Source: the human T2T-CHM13v2.0 reference genome, Homo sapiens. Taken from it: 64,000 nucleotides of DNA. The DNA lies in the NCBI GenBank assembly GCA_009914755.4, contig CP068257.2, positions 24,032,001 to 24,096,000 of the forward strand. The letters are read 5' to 3'. The position numbers and the translations under genes were made by a program. Numbering within the stretch: position 1 is the stretch's first letter; each line of letters opens with the position of its first letter. Below are positions 15,793-31,713 of the stretch, piece by piece. Below the pieces are notes generated by a model that was given only the letters and a program-made list of their open reading frames with translations, was not told where the DNA came from and did not search any database.

Positions 15793-15888
15793 GTTCCTTC
15801 CTTCCTTTCTCTTCTTTCTTTCTTTCTCTTTATTTCTTTCTTTCTCTTCCTTCCTTCCTTCCTTCCCTTTCTTGCCTTTCTTTCTTTT
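15793..15888 (+). repeat. (TTCC)n/(CTTT)n pyrimidine microsatellite derived from the tail of the adjacent antisense Alu
   Basis: Seen in sequence. Confidence 0.9.
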
Positions 15889-16185
15889 TTCAAGATTTTG
15901 TTCTCTTGCCCAGTCTGGAGCACAGTGGTATGATCATGGCTCACTGCAGCCTCCACCTCCAGGGCTCAAGTTATCCTCCCATCTCAGTCCCCAAGTAGGT
16001 GGGACTACAGGTGCACACCAGTATGCTCAGCTAATTTAATTTTATTTATTTATTTATTTTTTTGTAGAGATGAGGTGAGGTCTCCCTATGTTGCCCAGGC
16101 TGGTCTTGAACTCCTGGGCTCAACCCATCCTCCTGCCTCGGTCTCCAAAAGTACTGGAATTACAGGTGTGAGCCACTTGCCTGGC
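15889..16185 (-). mobile_element. Alu (J)
   Basis: Reverse orientation. Confidence 0.85.
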
Positions 16186-16939
16186 TATAGATAAACTCCT
16201 GAGGGAAAGGAATTAAAAAATGGTGTGGTTTGGAAATGGAAGGTTGCTTCTCAGTCATAATGCTGTCACCCTATTTCCTTAACTCCATTTGAAAGGTAGG
16301 CCACCACTGAGAAGCTCAGGGAGTTAAGACTTATGGGTGGGTTATGACAGCAACCATTATCAAGTGCTTTCTTTTCTTTTTTTTCTTTTGTTATACATTT
16401 CTTTCTACTACCTACTCTTGCCATTGAATATGTGATGAACTTATAATTTAAAATATTGATAATGATGGATGAACTGTTATAATGTCCATTTGCTTCAAAA
16501 TAAACCAGTGGTTAATGATACAGATGAAACAAGATAAACCATGCATTGATTACTATTATAGCTGGTCAATGATACATTGAGGTACAATTCACTTCACTTT
16601 CTAATGTTGTGTATGCTTGAATCTTTCCATTATAAATATTTCTAAAGCTGGAAATACAATTTTACAAGTTAAAATAAACATGTTATGATTTTAAAATACT
16701 ATGTATTTCTTTAATGTTAAAGAATTAAGTGAAAATGTTTGAAGTTTATAGAAAATTTAAAATATCTGCTCAAGTTCTTATCTGTCAAGATAAGACTACT
16801 AGCTGTAAGGTGTTAATAGCACAGCTGTCTTCACTTGAATTTTTTGTAGTTGCCATTTCTGGCATATGCAGAAATGCAAAACTATTATTTTATGCAACAC
16901 TATTTATTTGAGCCATTGTACCTGCCTAATTTTTACATT

Positions 16940-17060
16940 TTTTTAAAGAGATGAGATCTGGCCATGTTCCAAGGCTGGCCTCAATCTTCTGTCCTCAAGC
17001 AATCTTCCCACTCAGCCTTCCAATTGGCTGGGACTACAGGTGCAAGCCACCACACCGGGT
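16940..17060 (-). mobile_element. Alu fragment (partial)
   Basis: ..gccatgttccaaggctggcctcaa..ggctgggactacaggtgcaagccaccacaccggg. Confidence 0.6.
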
Positions 17061-17274
17061 GCAAAACACTATTTTAATTCTGAATATGTTACTATCAAAA
17101 AATAAAATAATGTTTTTAACCATCTTTTCTTGTGCCGCAGTGTTACGTGAGCCACCACACATAAAGTTACTGTTCCAGTCAATTAAACCAGACTCCCTGG
17201 TTTTCTGAAGACATGAATATTTTTACAAGGGAACTAGAAAGGGAATGAGGCAAGCATTTGAGCTCAATTCTTTA

Positions 17275-17563
<289 letters not shown>

Positions 17564-18784
17564 TTTACATACATAATGTGGAAGGGCCTCAGTGGCCAGG
17601 CCTGCTGGCAGCTGCTCCTCACAGGGCCCATGCTAGAGCTGACAGCCTGCCAGGGAGCTGGGCACTCGGAGATGGGGTGGGAGCACTGGGGTCAGCCAGA
17701 GATCAAACACGTCAGTGAAGGCCCAGAGCAGCTCGGAAGATAAAATAACAGTCCACTTTATAAACCAACAGTGAAACATTAACAAACAAAGGAAAAGTTG
17801 ATGACTCTTTGCTAGATGTTGTGGTTGAAAATAATGTAGATATTGATGGGTTTGTTGCATGGCAGGGAACCTTGGCTTGCTCTGTCACCTCATTTTTGAA
17901 AAGCACATATTTGAGAAGTTAGACACAATCACTGACAAGGAGATTGACATGCTTGATCTGGCATATGGACTGACAGACAGGTCAGAGTTGTATTGCCAAA
18001 TCTGTTTGACAAAATCTATGGGCCATATGACTGTCTGAGTACCTGATGGAGTGGCCAGTGCCAGACAATCCACTGATATGGGCAAGACCACCTAAGCAGA
18101 ATAAATAGCAATGCTTTCACTAAATTTTACCTATTTTATAATTATTTCTTAATATAATTAAATAAAAACATACATGAATGAACTTATTATTATGACCAAC
18201 TTTACTGTTTTAATTCACCTTGTATAACTACTGAATTTTATAGTTCTGAAAATACGCAATTTTTATATTTGTTACATTAGAAAAAGGTCAGTTAAATATT
18301 AGAAAATAATTAATATGACAATACCTTACAAATTTTGCCTTACGTTTGTTTAGCAACTTTTAGCAAAATGTTTTCACATGGCCTTATGTCTGCTTACCTA
18401 GAAAGTAAATTTTTTAAAAAAGATATTATTATCCCTGTTTTATGTGAGTGAAGGCAAAGACCTAAAATGGCTTGTTAAGGGCCATCCAACTAATTAGAAA
18501 ATATGTACACACCTGCATCTTGTTACTATAAGGTATATGTTAGACTGAAACTGGAGAAATTATGACTATCTTACAGCAGCAATTAGATCTGACTGCATAT
18601 GGACAAAAACATTAATTGCTCAGTGAACTGCTTAACTGACAGTTATTAACCTTACACATAAAGATTTCAAAATTTTGATTCAGTGAGAAGTATAAGGTTG
18701 AACATAGGCATTACAACACTGCCAAAAAAGTTAGCCAGTAAACTAAAATTAGATATCAAAATGAAATAAAATATGAGAATATAA

Positions 18785-19096
<312 letters not shown>

Positions 19097-19296
19097 CTTT
19101 TGAACATTTTAAAAACTGTCCTTTCCAAAAGAAAAATTTTAAATAACAGCATCTATATACAACTTTTAGGCTTTAAACTTGAGTTTATTAAAAGGGAAAT
19201 AAATGCTTTGGTTACTAAATGAACTGATTAGAGGAAGGTATTACACAGAAAGCTACTTGGATTATTACTAACATCAATGTCTTCTTTTTCTAAAAG

Positions 19297-19449
19297 GTGA
19301 TTTTAAAAATCGAGCTGAGATGATAGATTTCAATATCCGGATCAAAAATGTGACAAGAAGTGATGCGGGGAAATATCGTTGTGAAGTTAGTGCCCCATCT
19401 GAGCAAGGCCAAAACCTGGAAGAGGATACAGTCACTCTGGAAGTATTAG
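19297..19449 (+). CDS. JAM2: JAM2 coding exon 4 (153 nt); DFKNRAEMIDFNIRIKNVTRSDAGKYRCEVSAPSEQGQNLEEDTVTLEVL, completing Ig V-type domain
   Basis: Translation matches JAM2; acceptor ctaaaag|, donor |gtgatg; conserved Ig motif DAGKYRC. Confidence 0.9.
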
Positions 19450-19939
19450 GTGATGTGCATGTATGTGTGTGACTACGTCTCCCACTCCTTCTCCACCACC
19501 CAGCCCTGGGGGCAAGCAAGCACTGGTCCATAAACATGCCAGCATCAACTGGGAGCCTCAACCAGTCAAGTTACAGAGACCATAAGCATCACCTTCCTGG
19601 CAATCTCCTGGCCATTTCTCCCCCTCTCCTCATTGGCTGCTGAAATTTTAGTAATGCGTTATCACAAAGTATCTCTTTGTTAAAGGTGGAGGCAATTCCT
19701 AATGATCCTACAATATACATAGGAGTATCTTTCCTGAGAGTTTATTTTTCAATAGTTTTCAGCATATACACAGTTTCTCCAACCATTTAAAGTAGTATCA
19801 CATGAGATGGTGGAGAAGCAATAACACACAAAAAAGTAGACTGAAGGTAGGATTAGAAGTCATTTGGTAAATAAAGGAAATTGACATTGATTATATACCT
19901 GATATGTTAGCCCTTTTCACATAAGTAATTTTACTTCAT

Positions 19940-20050
19940 CTTCATTAATATGATTTTTATAGATGACCAAATGGAAGTTAAATGATTTAACAAGGCCATA
20001 CAGCTAGAAAGTGTCTGGACTAAGATTTGAATCCAGATGGGGTTAACTCC
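19940..20050 (-). mobile_element. MIR fragment
   Basis: ..tttatagatgaccaaatggaagttaaatgatttaacaaggccatacagctagaaagtg..gatttgaatccaga.. Confidence 0.5.
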
Positions 20051-20092
20051 AAAACCAGTATGTTTAGTTTCTATAAGAATCATGGATAGATT

Positions 20093-20490
<398 letters not shown>

Positions 20491-20515
20491 CTAAAACAGC
20501 TCCCCTTCCTTTTTC

Positions 20516-21976
20516 TTTCTTTTTTTTTTTTTTAGTATTTATTGATCATTCTTGGGTGTTTCTCGCAGAGGGGGATTTGGCAGGGTCATAGGACAATAGT
20601 GGAGGGAAGGTCAGCAGATAAACAAGTGAACAAGGGTCTTTGGTTTTCCTAGGCAGAGGACCCTGCGGCCTTCCGCAGTGTTTGTGTCCCTGGGTACTTG
20701 AGATTAGGGAGTGGTGATGACTCTTAAGGAGCATGCTGCCTTCAAGCATCTGTTTAACAAAGCACATCTTGCACCGCCCTTAATCCATTTAACCCTGAGT
20801 GGACACAGCACACGTTTCAGAGAGCACGGGGTTGGGGGTAATGTTATAGATTAACAGCATCCCAAGGCAGAAGAATTTTTCTTAGTACAGAACAAAATGG
20901 AGTCTCCTATGTCTACTTTCTACACAGACACAGCAACAATCTGATTTCTCTATCTTTTCCCCACATTTCCCCCTTTTCTATTCGACAAAACCGCCATCGT
21001 CATCATGGCCCGTTCTCAATGAGCTGTTGGGTACACCTCCCAGACGGGGCGGCCGCGGGGCAGAGGGGCTCCTCACTTCCCAGACAGGGCGGCCGGGCAG
21101 AGGGGCCCCCCACCTCCCGGACGGGGCGGCGGCCGGGCAGAGGCGCCCCCCCACCTCCCTCCCGGATGGGGCGGCGGCAGGGCGGAGATGCTCCTCACTT
21201 CCCAGACGGGGCGGGGCGGCTGCCGGGCGGAGGGGCTCCTCACTTTCCAGATGGGGCGGCTGCCAGGCGGAGGGGCTCCTCACTTCTCAGACGGGGTGGC
21301 CGGGCAGAGACGCTCCTCACCTCCCAGACGGGGTCGCGGCCGGGCAGAGGCGCTCCTCACATCCCAGACCGGGCGGCGGGGCAGAGGCGCTTCCCACATC
21401 TCAGAAGATGGGCGGCCGGGAAGAGGCGCTCCTCACTTCCCAGACTGGGCAGCCAGGCAGAGGGGCTCCTCACATCCCAGACGATGGGTGGCCAGGCAGA
21501 GACGCTCCTCACTTCCCAGACGGGGTGGCGGCCAGGCAGAGGCTGCAATCTCGGCACTTTGGGAGGCCAAGGCAGGCGGCTGGGAGGTGGAGGTTGTAGC
21601 GAGCCGAGATCACGCCACTGCACTCCAGCCTGGGCAACACTGAGCACTGAGTGAACGAGACTCCGTCTGCAATCCCGGCACCTCGGGAGGCCGAGGCTGG
21701 CAGATCACTCGCGGTTAGGAGCTGGAGACCAGCCTGGCCAACATAGCGAAACCCCGTCTCCACCAAAAAAATACGAAAACCAGTCAGGCGTGGCGGCGCG
21801 CGCCTGCAATCCCAGGCGCTCGGCAGGCTGAGGCAGGAGAATCAGGCAGGGAGGTTGCAGTGAGCCGAGATGGCAGCAGTACAGTCCAGCTTCCGCTCGG
21901 CATCAGAGGGAGACCGTGGGGAGACGGAGACAGAGAGGGAGGGAGAGGGAGGAGGAGGGGGAGAGGGAGAGGGAGC
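20516..21976 (-). mobile_element. SVA retrotransposon (about 1.46 kb), antisense to JAM2. Internal order on the + strand: poly-T, SINE-R (about 20534-21010), GC-rich VNTR (about 21010-21540), Alu-like region (about 21540-21900), (AGAGGG)n hexamer (21900-21976)
   Basis: Canonical SVA architecture read on the reverse strand; flanked by a 14-bp target-site duplication ccccttcctttttc (20502-20515 and 21977-21990). Confidence 0.85.
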
Positions 21977-22413
21977 CCCCTTCCTTTTTCATGTTGTTCA
22001 TGCTCCTTCTGAAATACTAGTGATGCACTAGTATAGGAGAAATTTAAATCAGAAAACCTTGCAGCAGATCCGGCCAGTTTATTCATTTTCTAGTGTTACA
22101 TAACAACTAAATAGTTCTGTAGAGCGGAAGTCCAACAAGAAGACTGGGTATCTGCCCAAAGTATCACAAGGCTGAAATAAAGGTGTTGACAAGGCTGAGT
22201 TCTCATCCACAGGCTACGAGGAAAATCTGTTTCCAGGCTCATTCTTGGTGTTGCCAGATTTTGGTTCCTTGTGGTTGTAGGACCGAGAGGTCTCTGTTCC
22301 ATGCTGGCTATCAGTTCGTGGGCCACACTCAACTCCTAGAGGCCACCACATTCCCTGTTACATGGTCCCTTCCATCTTCAATGAAAGAAAAGCATATCAA
22401 ATTCTTGTACTTC

Positions 22414-22685
<272 letters not shown>

Positions 22686-23123
22686 TTCTCCTTGTGCCTT
22701 GAATATCTGACTTTTCCTTCTGTAATCAGCCAGAGAAAACTCTCTGCTTTTAAAGGTTCATGTGATTAGGTCAAACCCATTCATGAAATCATCCTATCTT
22801 AGAGACAATGGTTTTGGGGCCTTAGTTACATTTCCAAAATCTTTCTACTACAGTACCTAGATTAGTGTTTGATTGAATAACTGGAAAAAAAGTGTATTTA
22901 TACCAAGGACTGCAATCTTGGGAGACCACCTTAGAATTCTGCAGTAGAAATACTGCAATCTTGGGAGACTACCTTAGAATACAGCCAGTTCTGGGTTTTG
23001 CTGGATAATAAATAGGTCACCTAATGAAGTTTGGTTTACTTTCCAGTCCCTGAGACCAGAATAACACTAATACCTGGACCAGGTATTTTCTAACTTGGCC
23101 AGTTCTAGACAGAATGGGATTTA

Positions 23124-23460
<337 letters not shown>

Positions 23461-23467
23461 TCTATCT

Positions 23468-23477
23468 GCACACACAC

Positions 23478-23509
<32 letters not shown>

Positions 23510-23575
23510 TCTCACACACACACATTCTCTCTCTCTCTCCCTCTCTCTCCCTCTCTCTCATTAGGCTTCTTTTAA
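23468..23575 (+). repeat. (CA)n–(CT)n compound dinucleotide microsatellite
   Basis: Seen in sequence. Confidence 0.9.
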
Positions 23576-24217
23576 ATATAAGTGGTAATAAACCAATTGA
23601 AGAAAACAGTAGAGATCGTTTATCTAATAAAGAATAGCTGTTGTATAAGCTAAAGTAATGCTTATTATTATAACAGATAAGCCCTTAACTCTCAGTGAGT
23701 TGCTTAATAGTAAGTTCCTTTCTCACTTAAGTAAAGCCTAAATAGTTGGGACAGTGGTGGAGGAGCCATATTACTTTATTTCATGAAATCATTAGAGACT
23801 CAACCTAATCTTCTGACATCTTCAATATATGACGTTCCAAGGTCACCATTGTTGTTGACACCTACTTGGTAGTTGCAGGGGGTGGAGGATACGAATGAAC
23901 ATGTGGGAGGTTTTTAATTAGTCTGGCCCAGAAATGGGATATATCACTTTTTCCCACATTCCATTGGCCAGAACTCATGTATATGACCCCATCTGGCAAC
24001 AAGAGTGCTGGGAAACATGGTCGACTGTGTGCCCATGAAGAAAGAAGATGGGTTTGTTGGACAAGTAAGCAGTCTCTATCACAGGGTCCAGTAATCACAC
24101 CTCTTTACCTGGCTATTAAAACCATTGATTGTAGAGACAAAGTCAACAGCTTTGAAGAAAATAAACAACCTTGATTAGCTTATAAATAATCAATATCATT
24201 TGACTTCCATTGTTCAG

Positions 24218-24420
24218 TGGCTCCAGCAGTTCCATCATGTGAAGTACCCTCTTCTGCTCTGAGTGGAACTGTGGTAGAGCTACGATGTCAAGACAAAGAA
24301 GGGAATCCAGCTCCTGAATACACATGGTTTAAGGATGGCATCCGTTTGCTAGAAAATCCCAGACTTGGCTCCCAAAGCACCAACAGCTCATACACAATGA
24401 ATACAAAAACTGGAACTCTG
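24218..24420 (+). CDS. JAM2: JAM2 coding exon 5 (203 nt); VAPAVPSCEVPSS...NSSYTMNTKTGTL, Ig domain 2 N-terminal half with N-glycosylation motifs
   Basis: Translation matches JAM2 (also visible in ORF track 24217..24447); acceptor tgttcag|, donor |gtaagg. Confidence 0.9.
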
Positions 24421-24675
24421 GTAAGGTCATTTCAAGATTTGACTTGATAACTGTCTTGCATTTGGATAAAAAAATTATTAGAACTTAAGATGACGTTTAA
24501 TAGAGAGCTGATACCATTGCTTGCTAAGTGGAGAGAGGCAGGGGCACCAGGAAAGATGGCAGCACTTGTACCACGAAGTGATGGAAAGAGCTACTACAGG
24601 ACATGGGAACAGAAAACAGAGACTGAGGGAGCTGACTGTGCAAGGACCAGTAAAAGAGCAAAGGGGCAAAGGCTC

Positions 24676-25335
<660 letters not shown>

Positions 25336-25902
25336 CTAAGCCTGATTCATGATGATGAATCAGGCAGTTATCTACAGCTGTCTTCTGGCCTGGAAAATTA
25401 CTAAGTGCAGTCTCAATTTACAACATCAGGAAAATGCATGAAAACTTGCTTGGGGATACCCTGACCATGTGAAAATAGTAACTGTAGTCAATCATGGTAG
25501 GATTCCTATATCATTAAATATTTCCATGACTGTAGATCAACAACAGTTGACTCTGTGACTTTAGTATCTATTACTTTAGAGTCCAGATATTCTGTTTCCT
25601 CCAGTAAAATATTCTTATTGAAAGACTTTCTAGGAATACTGATGACAATCTATAAGCAAGCTCTGTGAAGCTAATTACATTTAAAAATAAAAAGTATTTT
25701 ACTTTTTCATCTTTGATTATAGGAATAGAAGTGGAAGTTTAAAAAAGGGTCATTAAGCTTGAAGCTTTTTAAAAAAAATTCAGTCAATGTAATATTCTAT
25801 GTCAGTTTAAAATTGTCTGCCTTCCAGCAACGCAGAATCACTATGACAGCGATTATCAAAAAAAAAAACTTAAAGGCGTGGTGATAATAACAATTTTAAT
25901 AA

Positions 25903-26203
<301 letters not shown>

Positions 26204-26888
26204 TTTAATGAATTTTGAAAGGAGGATATAATGCTTCATTCCTTTCATCTACAAGTGCACAGTAACATTTACAAACAGATCTTCTGATAAACAAGAAAGC
26301 AAATTGCTAAAGTGGCTGAATAATAAAGCCTATTGGATGCAGTTACTTCTTAAGCTCTGGCCTCTCAGCAGTCAGCAGGCGCAGTCAGCAGGTCTGAGTG
26401 ATTTTACACTGAGCAACTGGGCAGAAAAACCTGCTGTCACACTTTGCTATATTTACTTTTCAAATTTATTTTTTCTCAGGGCAGTTGGTAAAAGCCCCAA
26501 GGCAAGTCTGAAAGGATACAGATTCACTTTCCTCAGCTAACCTCAACCCTTGAAATAGCTTGTGATGTCAAAGGAATGCACCTGGATTGAACTAAGATAG
26601 GTTCTTATGTGAGAAATGAACAACAAAGACTCCAGTGTATGGAAGCCAATGACTTCCTTTTAATTACCAGCTATAATATGCTGGAAGATCATTTTGGGTT
26701 TTAGTCTAACATATTATTTATATGTAACCTTGGCCATGAGTTCATGGTGAATATTCTAAAAGCATTCTGGCTTTGAGGAGAGTGACAGATGATTCCATAG
26801 AGTGGAAAAAAAGAAAAACAGGAAAACTTTCTCTCCCTCCATCTAGGAGGATCTAAGACAATGACCCTTCAAGGTGACCAGGATTACA

Positions 26889-27037
26889 CTCCCTTTCTTC
26901 CCTCCCTCCAGCCCTTTCTTCTTTCCTTCCTTCCTTTCTCCCTCTCTCCCTCCCTCTCTTCCTTCCTTTCTCCCTCCCTCCCTCCCTCTCTTCTTTCTTT
27001 TCTCCTCTTCTTCCTTTTTGTCTGCCTTCATTCCTTC
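26889..27037 (+). repeat. Polypyrimidine (CCTT/CTCC)n tract, about 150 bp
   Basis: Seen in sequence. Confidence 0.9.
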
Positions 27038-27127
27038 CAAATATCCTCCAAGGGGATAAAAACTACTGATAAAAATAACGAAGTCTATTATATCAATCTT
27101 AGCTTTTGGTTGCTTTGACAGGGATGG

Positions 27128-27460
27128 GAAGGAGCAAGGGCTGGCTTTTCTTTTCAAATTTAAAAAAATTCTAGAGTTGATAGAATCGACAATCCTATAA
27201 ACCGATACCAATTAAGATTTTCCTAGGCCCTAAGCTACTTCCTGGTAGTAACTGGCTCTTTAAAGGAAGTGTTTATTGTTGGCTGCTGCAGTGAACTCGC
27301 TTGTGACTTAGGAAAGTGCATTAACCCTTTTACCAGGGAGGCCTGCCCTTCATTTATAAATGATGTTTCCTAGGAATTAGAAATACCTACACTACTTAAT
27401 ACTACCATGTGTTATGAACTTTAAAAAACACTCATTGCCTTCCTAACAGTACTGCTTTCA
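27128..27460 (+). repeat. Copy B of the intron-5 duplicated segment
   Basis: Direct-orientation paralogue of 24676-25330. Confidence 0.75.
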
Positions 27461-27710
27461 TGGTTAAAAAAAAAAAAAGGAACTTCTCTGTATGTATTTT
27501 ATCTTTGTTCTTCTCGTCAAATTAAGCAAAAGTCTAGCTTAAACTCCTTGAAGTCATGGCAGATTTTTAAATTCATAGTAAAGACAGAAAGTCCCAAATT
27601 TTTAAAAAGGAAAGACAAACTTAATGCTAAAATTTGAGGGACAGGGTTATTTAAAAAGTCTACTTATAGATCTATGGCTTAAAAAAATATATTTTTGCAT
27701 CCACAAATAG

Positions 27711-27810
27711 CAATTTAATACTGTTTCCAAACTGGACACTGGAGAATATTCCTGTGAAGCCCGCAATTCTGTTGGATATCGCAGGTGTCCTGGGAAACGA
27801 ATGCAAGTAG
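27711..27810 (+). CDS. JAM2: JAM2 coding exon 6 (100 nt); QFNTVSKLDTGEYSCEARNSVGYRRCPGKRMQV, Ig domain 2 C-terminal half
   Basis: Translation matches JAM2; Ig motif GEYSCEA; acceptor caaatag|, donor |gtaagc. Confidence 0.9.
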
Positions 27811-28283
27811 GTAAGCATGAAATATTGGGAGGAACAAATGGTTTGCAATTCGACTGTGAAGTACAGCAGTTGGGGGTACAAGGAGCAAGGAGCAGGAAAT
27901 GTCTGAGTGACTTGAAGAATAAACAGGAGAGAATGACTAAAATTAACTTGATATGATGTGTTGCAAAGAAGCAAAGATGCTGTTTTTAAGCCATCTCCCA
28001 AATAAGCCAAAAATACTTAGTATTGTATTTAACAACTTTTTTTAGTTTTTTAAATAATCGTTTTTAAAATACATTCTTCTAAGTAGTCTTTCTCTCAAAT
28101 AAAAGCTAAGTATCTTGTAGTCTAAATTGTTGAAGGTCCAGAAGTTTGAATTTCTGATATTTTTAAAATTCAGGAATGTATATCATTGATATTATTCACC
28201 AAATTAATTCAGGTGTTGACATTTATAGTCAACGTAGCACTTATTTAAGTAATCAGAAAGTATCCCTTTCAATGCTGCTTTGA

Positions 28284-28777
<494 letters not shown>

Positions 28778-30783
28778 TAAACATCTACCTTTGCCTTCTC
28801 TTAAGGAATCATATCCAGGAAGTCATGGTTTTGATGTATTAGTTACTTTTTCTTAGCACACAATAAATACATAACGAATAAAATTTAAATGTTTGTTTCT
28901 CCACTAGGACCACTTTAATTTGAACATGATTCTCACATATCTACTCTAAGTACAAGTTAGCTTAAAAGTTAAAATTAGTTTGTTTAACGGTCATCCATTG
29001 ATCCGAGGTGTTTTGTGTCCTTGGTTGGGACTTACATCTTTTGAAATACATACAAATTCATAAATTCATTTTTTTGGTTTTCTTTGTGAATTATAACTAT
29101 ATTCACATGTAACCAAAATTAGAATATGTTAACTGTCCTAAAGAAATTTTTTCAAAGTGCAGCAAGTAAAGCATGGATTTGTTGGTTGTTTATGGCTGCC
29201 TCACTATAAAACTCCAGCAGACTCCACCCACACTGGGCCTTTCAGCAGTTTAGTTCCTTTTCTTTCAGTAAAAAAAATGGTACCTTCCTTTTATAAAGAC
29301 TTTTTTTTCAAAAAAAAAAAAAAACACAAAATATTTTCATACTTAATGTTACATTTTCTCTTCACTGAGGCATAATATGGCTGTATGACTTGCTCAACAT
29401 CACAGAAAATGGTGAACAGGATGTAAGAAGTTAACTTACTCCTTATCTATTACTCTTCTGTCTCCCATTTCACTGAAGAAAAATAACATAAAATTCATAC
29501 TACAACTTAGCACTTACAGAACAAGACAATTTTTTGTCAGTAGTTTCTTTTAGGGTGAATCCTTCCTTCATAGATGTCAAATTCATTGACAAACTACAAG
29601 ACAGTTTTTTTTTTTTGTCAGATAATAGCCCTTACTTTGAATGCTTCATAGATGTCAGATTTAATGACTACTACAAAGTAAATAGAAGGTACACTTTGGT
29701 TCTCAGGAATTTCACTTACTGATTTGACTTTGCCTAAGATTATGATTACTGTAGATTTTTTTCTCTCTCTGCTCTTTTTAATCCAAGTAAATAAAAAGCT
29801 GAATCTTATTGACCTCTCAATACCCAAGCAAACTGAGTTTATACCAAGCAATAATTAATGTTTTCTACTCTGGTCAAATTACTTAACCTTTCAAAAGACT
29901 TATCAAGTTTTCTTTTTTAAAAAAATCAATTAATATTTTGGAGGTATTTAAGAAAATTAATAACACACTTGGCATTAGGAAAGAATTTCGAGACCAGAAG
30001 TTTTTATGATAAGCAGATTCACTTAAACAGTATCTCTAAAAAGATCATTTCCAAAATGTACATTGCTTTAAAATATTTAAATTATTTTTGAGAAAATGCT
30101 ATGTAATATTTTCTCTAGGTTATTTAATCATAGGCTAATTAAAACTTGCTTTGTAAAATGGGAACTCTTTGAAGAATTGCTCCTTTAATAAATACATGGG
30201 AAGTATCTAAATGGCAGAAGAGTGTGGCTCATAAAATCCTCATGGACAAGATGGAGAAATATGGTCCAAACAATATTTTGGTGGATCCACACACAGTTGA
30301 ATCCCATGCTCAGAGAATGTTAATAAATTGTGTTGTATGACAGGAGGTGTCTGCTAGCCTGTTACATAGTTGTTTCCTAAACAAATCCATGTTCATCATG
30401 TTATTAATGACTTGAATGAGAGTATTTTTAATAAAATTCTCAATTTGCAGAAATGTTAAGCTTGGAAGGTTAATAATGTAATTATTAGGCAACAGAATCA
30501 ATCTGAGAAGAAGAAAAAAACTTCACAGTAGTTATTTCCAAACTTGGGTTCAAAAAATCCAGTTGCATTACATTAGAGGACGGATGCCTTAACAGTCATA
30601 GGAAAAGCCTCAGAGAATTTAATTCATTTTTCATAAATGGGATGACAGTTTAGTTGCATATATGTATATGACTGTGTATGTGTGTATACACCCATATACA
30701 TATAATTGTATATCTACACCCATATAATTCAAGAAGGAACGTATTTCTTACACTTAGTTTTACAGAATAACAATGACATGTGC

Positions 30784-31079
30784 TTTTTTTTAAGAGACAG
30801 TCTTGCTCTGTCACCCAGACTGGAGAGAAGTAGTGCAATCATAGTTCACTATAATCTGAAACTCCTAGGCTCAAGTGATCCTCCAACCTCAGCCTCCTGA
30901 GTAGCTGGGACTCCAGGAATGCACCACCATACCCGGATAATTTTTTTAATTTTTTTATTTTTTAGAGATGGATTCTTGCTATGTTGCCTAGGCTGGTCTC
31001 AAATTCCTAGCCTCAAGCAGTCCTCCCACCTCAGCCTCCTGAGTAGCTGGGATTACAGGCATGAGTCAACATGCCTGGC
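30784..31079 (-). mobile_element. Alu (J)
   Basis: Reverse orientation. Confidence 0.8.
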
Positions 31080-31521
31080 GCCATGTGTTTTCTTTGACGT
31101 TGAGTTTTTCTTTATTTGTGAAATTGACACAGTTGATGATGTAGGAGAATTTTAAGTAAGATGTGGGGTAGGGAGTGGCAGTAGAATACTTGAACTCATT
31201 GAACTTCAAAGATTGCTTCCAGTCTTTTAATCCTGTGAATTATTACACATCTCCAAATGAATGCAAAAGAATACATTTTATTTTTTAATCTGAGAAGTTT
31301 TTAAAATTTAGTATTTTTCCAAAGCTTAAGTTCTGTTAATATTTTTAATCAATTTTGAACCATGTCTTAGAAGTGAGTTAGTTGAACAGGCTTCACAATC
31401 GTTAAAGTATGCTTTATGATATAGCTGCAAAGGGGATCTTTTTTTGAACCTTTTCAATTTAATGACTGCATCTGTCCGTGTAATCCACATATATTTATGC
31501 GTAATTTATTTTACATTCCAG

Positions 31522-31629
31522 ATGATCTCAACATAAGTGGCATCATAGCAGCCGTAGTAGTTGTGGCCTTAGTGATTTCCGTTTGTGGCCTTGGTGTATG
31601 CTATGCTCAGAGGAAAGGCTACTTTTCAA
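31522..31629 (+). CDS. JAM2: JAM2 coding exon 7 (108 nt); DDLNISGIIAAVVVVALVISVCGLGVCYAQRKGYFS, transmembrane helix
   Basis: Hydrophobic TM segment; translation matches JAM2; acceptor cattccag|, donor |gtaagt. Confidence 0.9.
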
Positions 31630-31713
31630 GTAAGTGAATTTCACCCTTCTTTGGCAGATAACTTTCTATGGCTATGGAGTTTATTTATGAGATACTGTTT
31701 CTCCTAGGAAGTT

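Noticed and set aside
21019-21654. Cluster of overlapping 150-211-aa ORFs on both strands (Pro/Gly/Arg-rich)
   Set aside because: They lie entirely in the GC-rich VNTR and Alu-like part of the SVA element; the periodic 35-50-bp repeat removes stop codons by composition
24217-24447. ORF track shows an 'M' start at 24217 for the JAM2 exon
   Set aside because: Frame coincidence (GTG); the real exon starts at 24218 after a cag acceptor and is internal to the CDS
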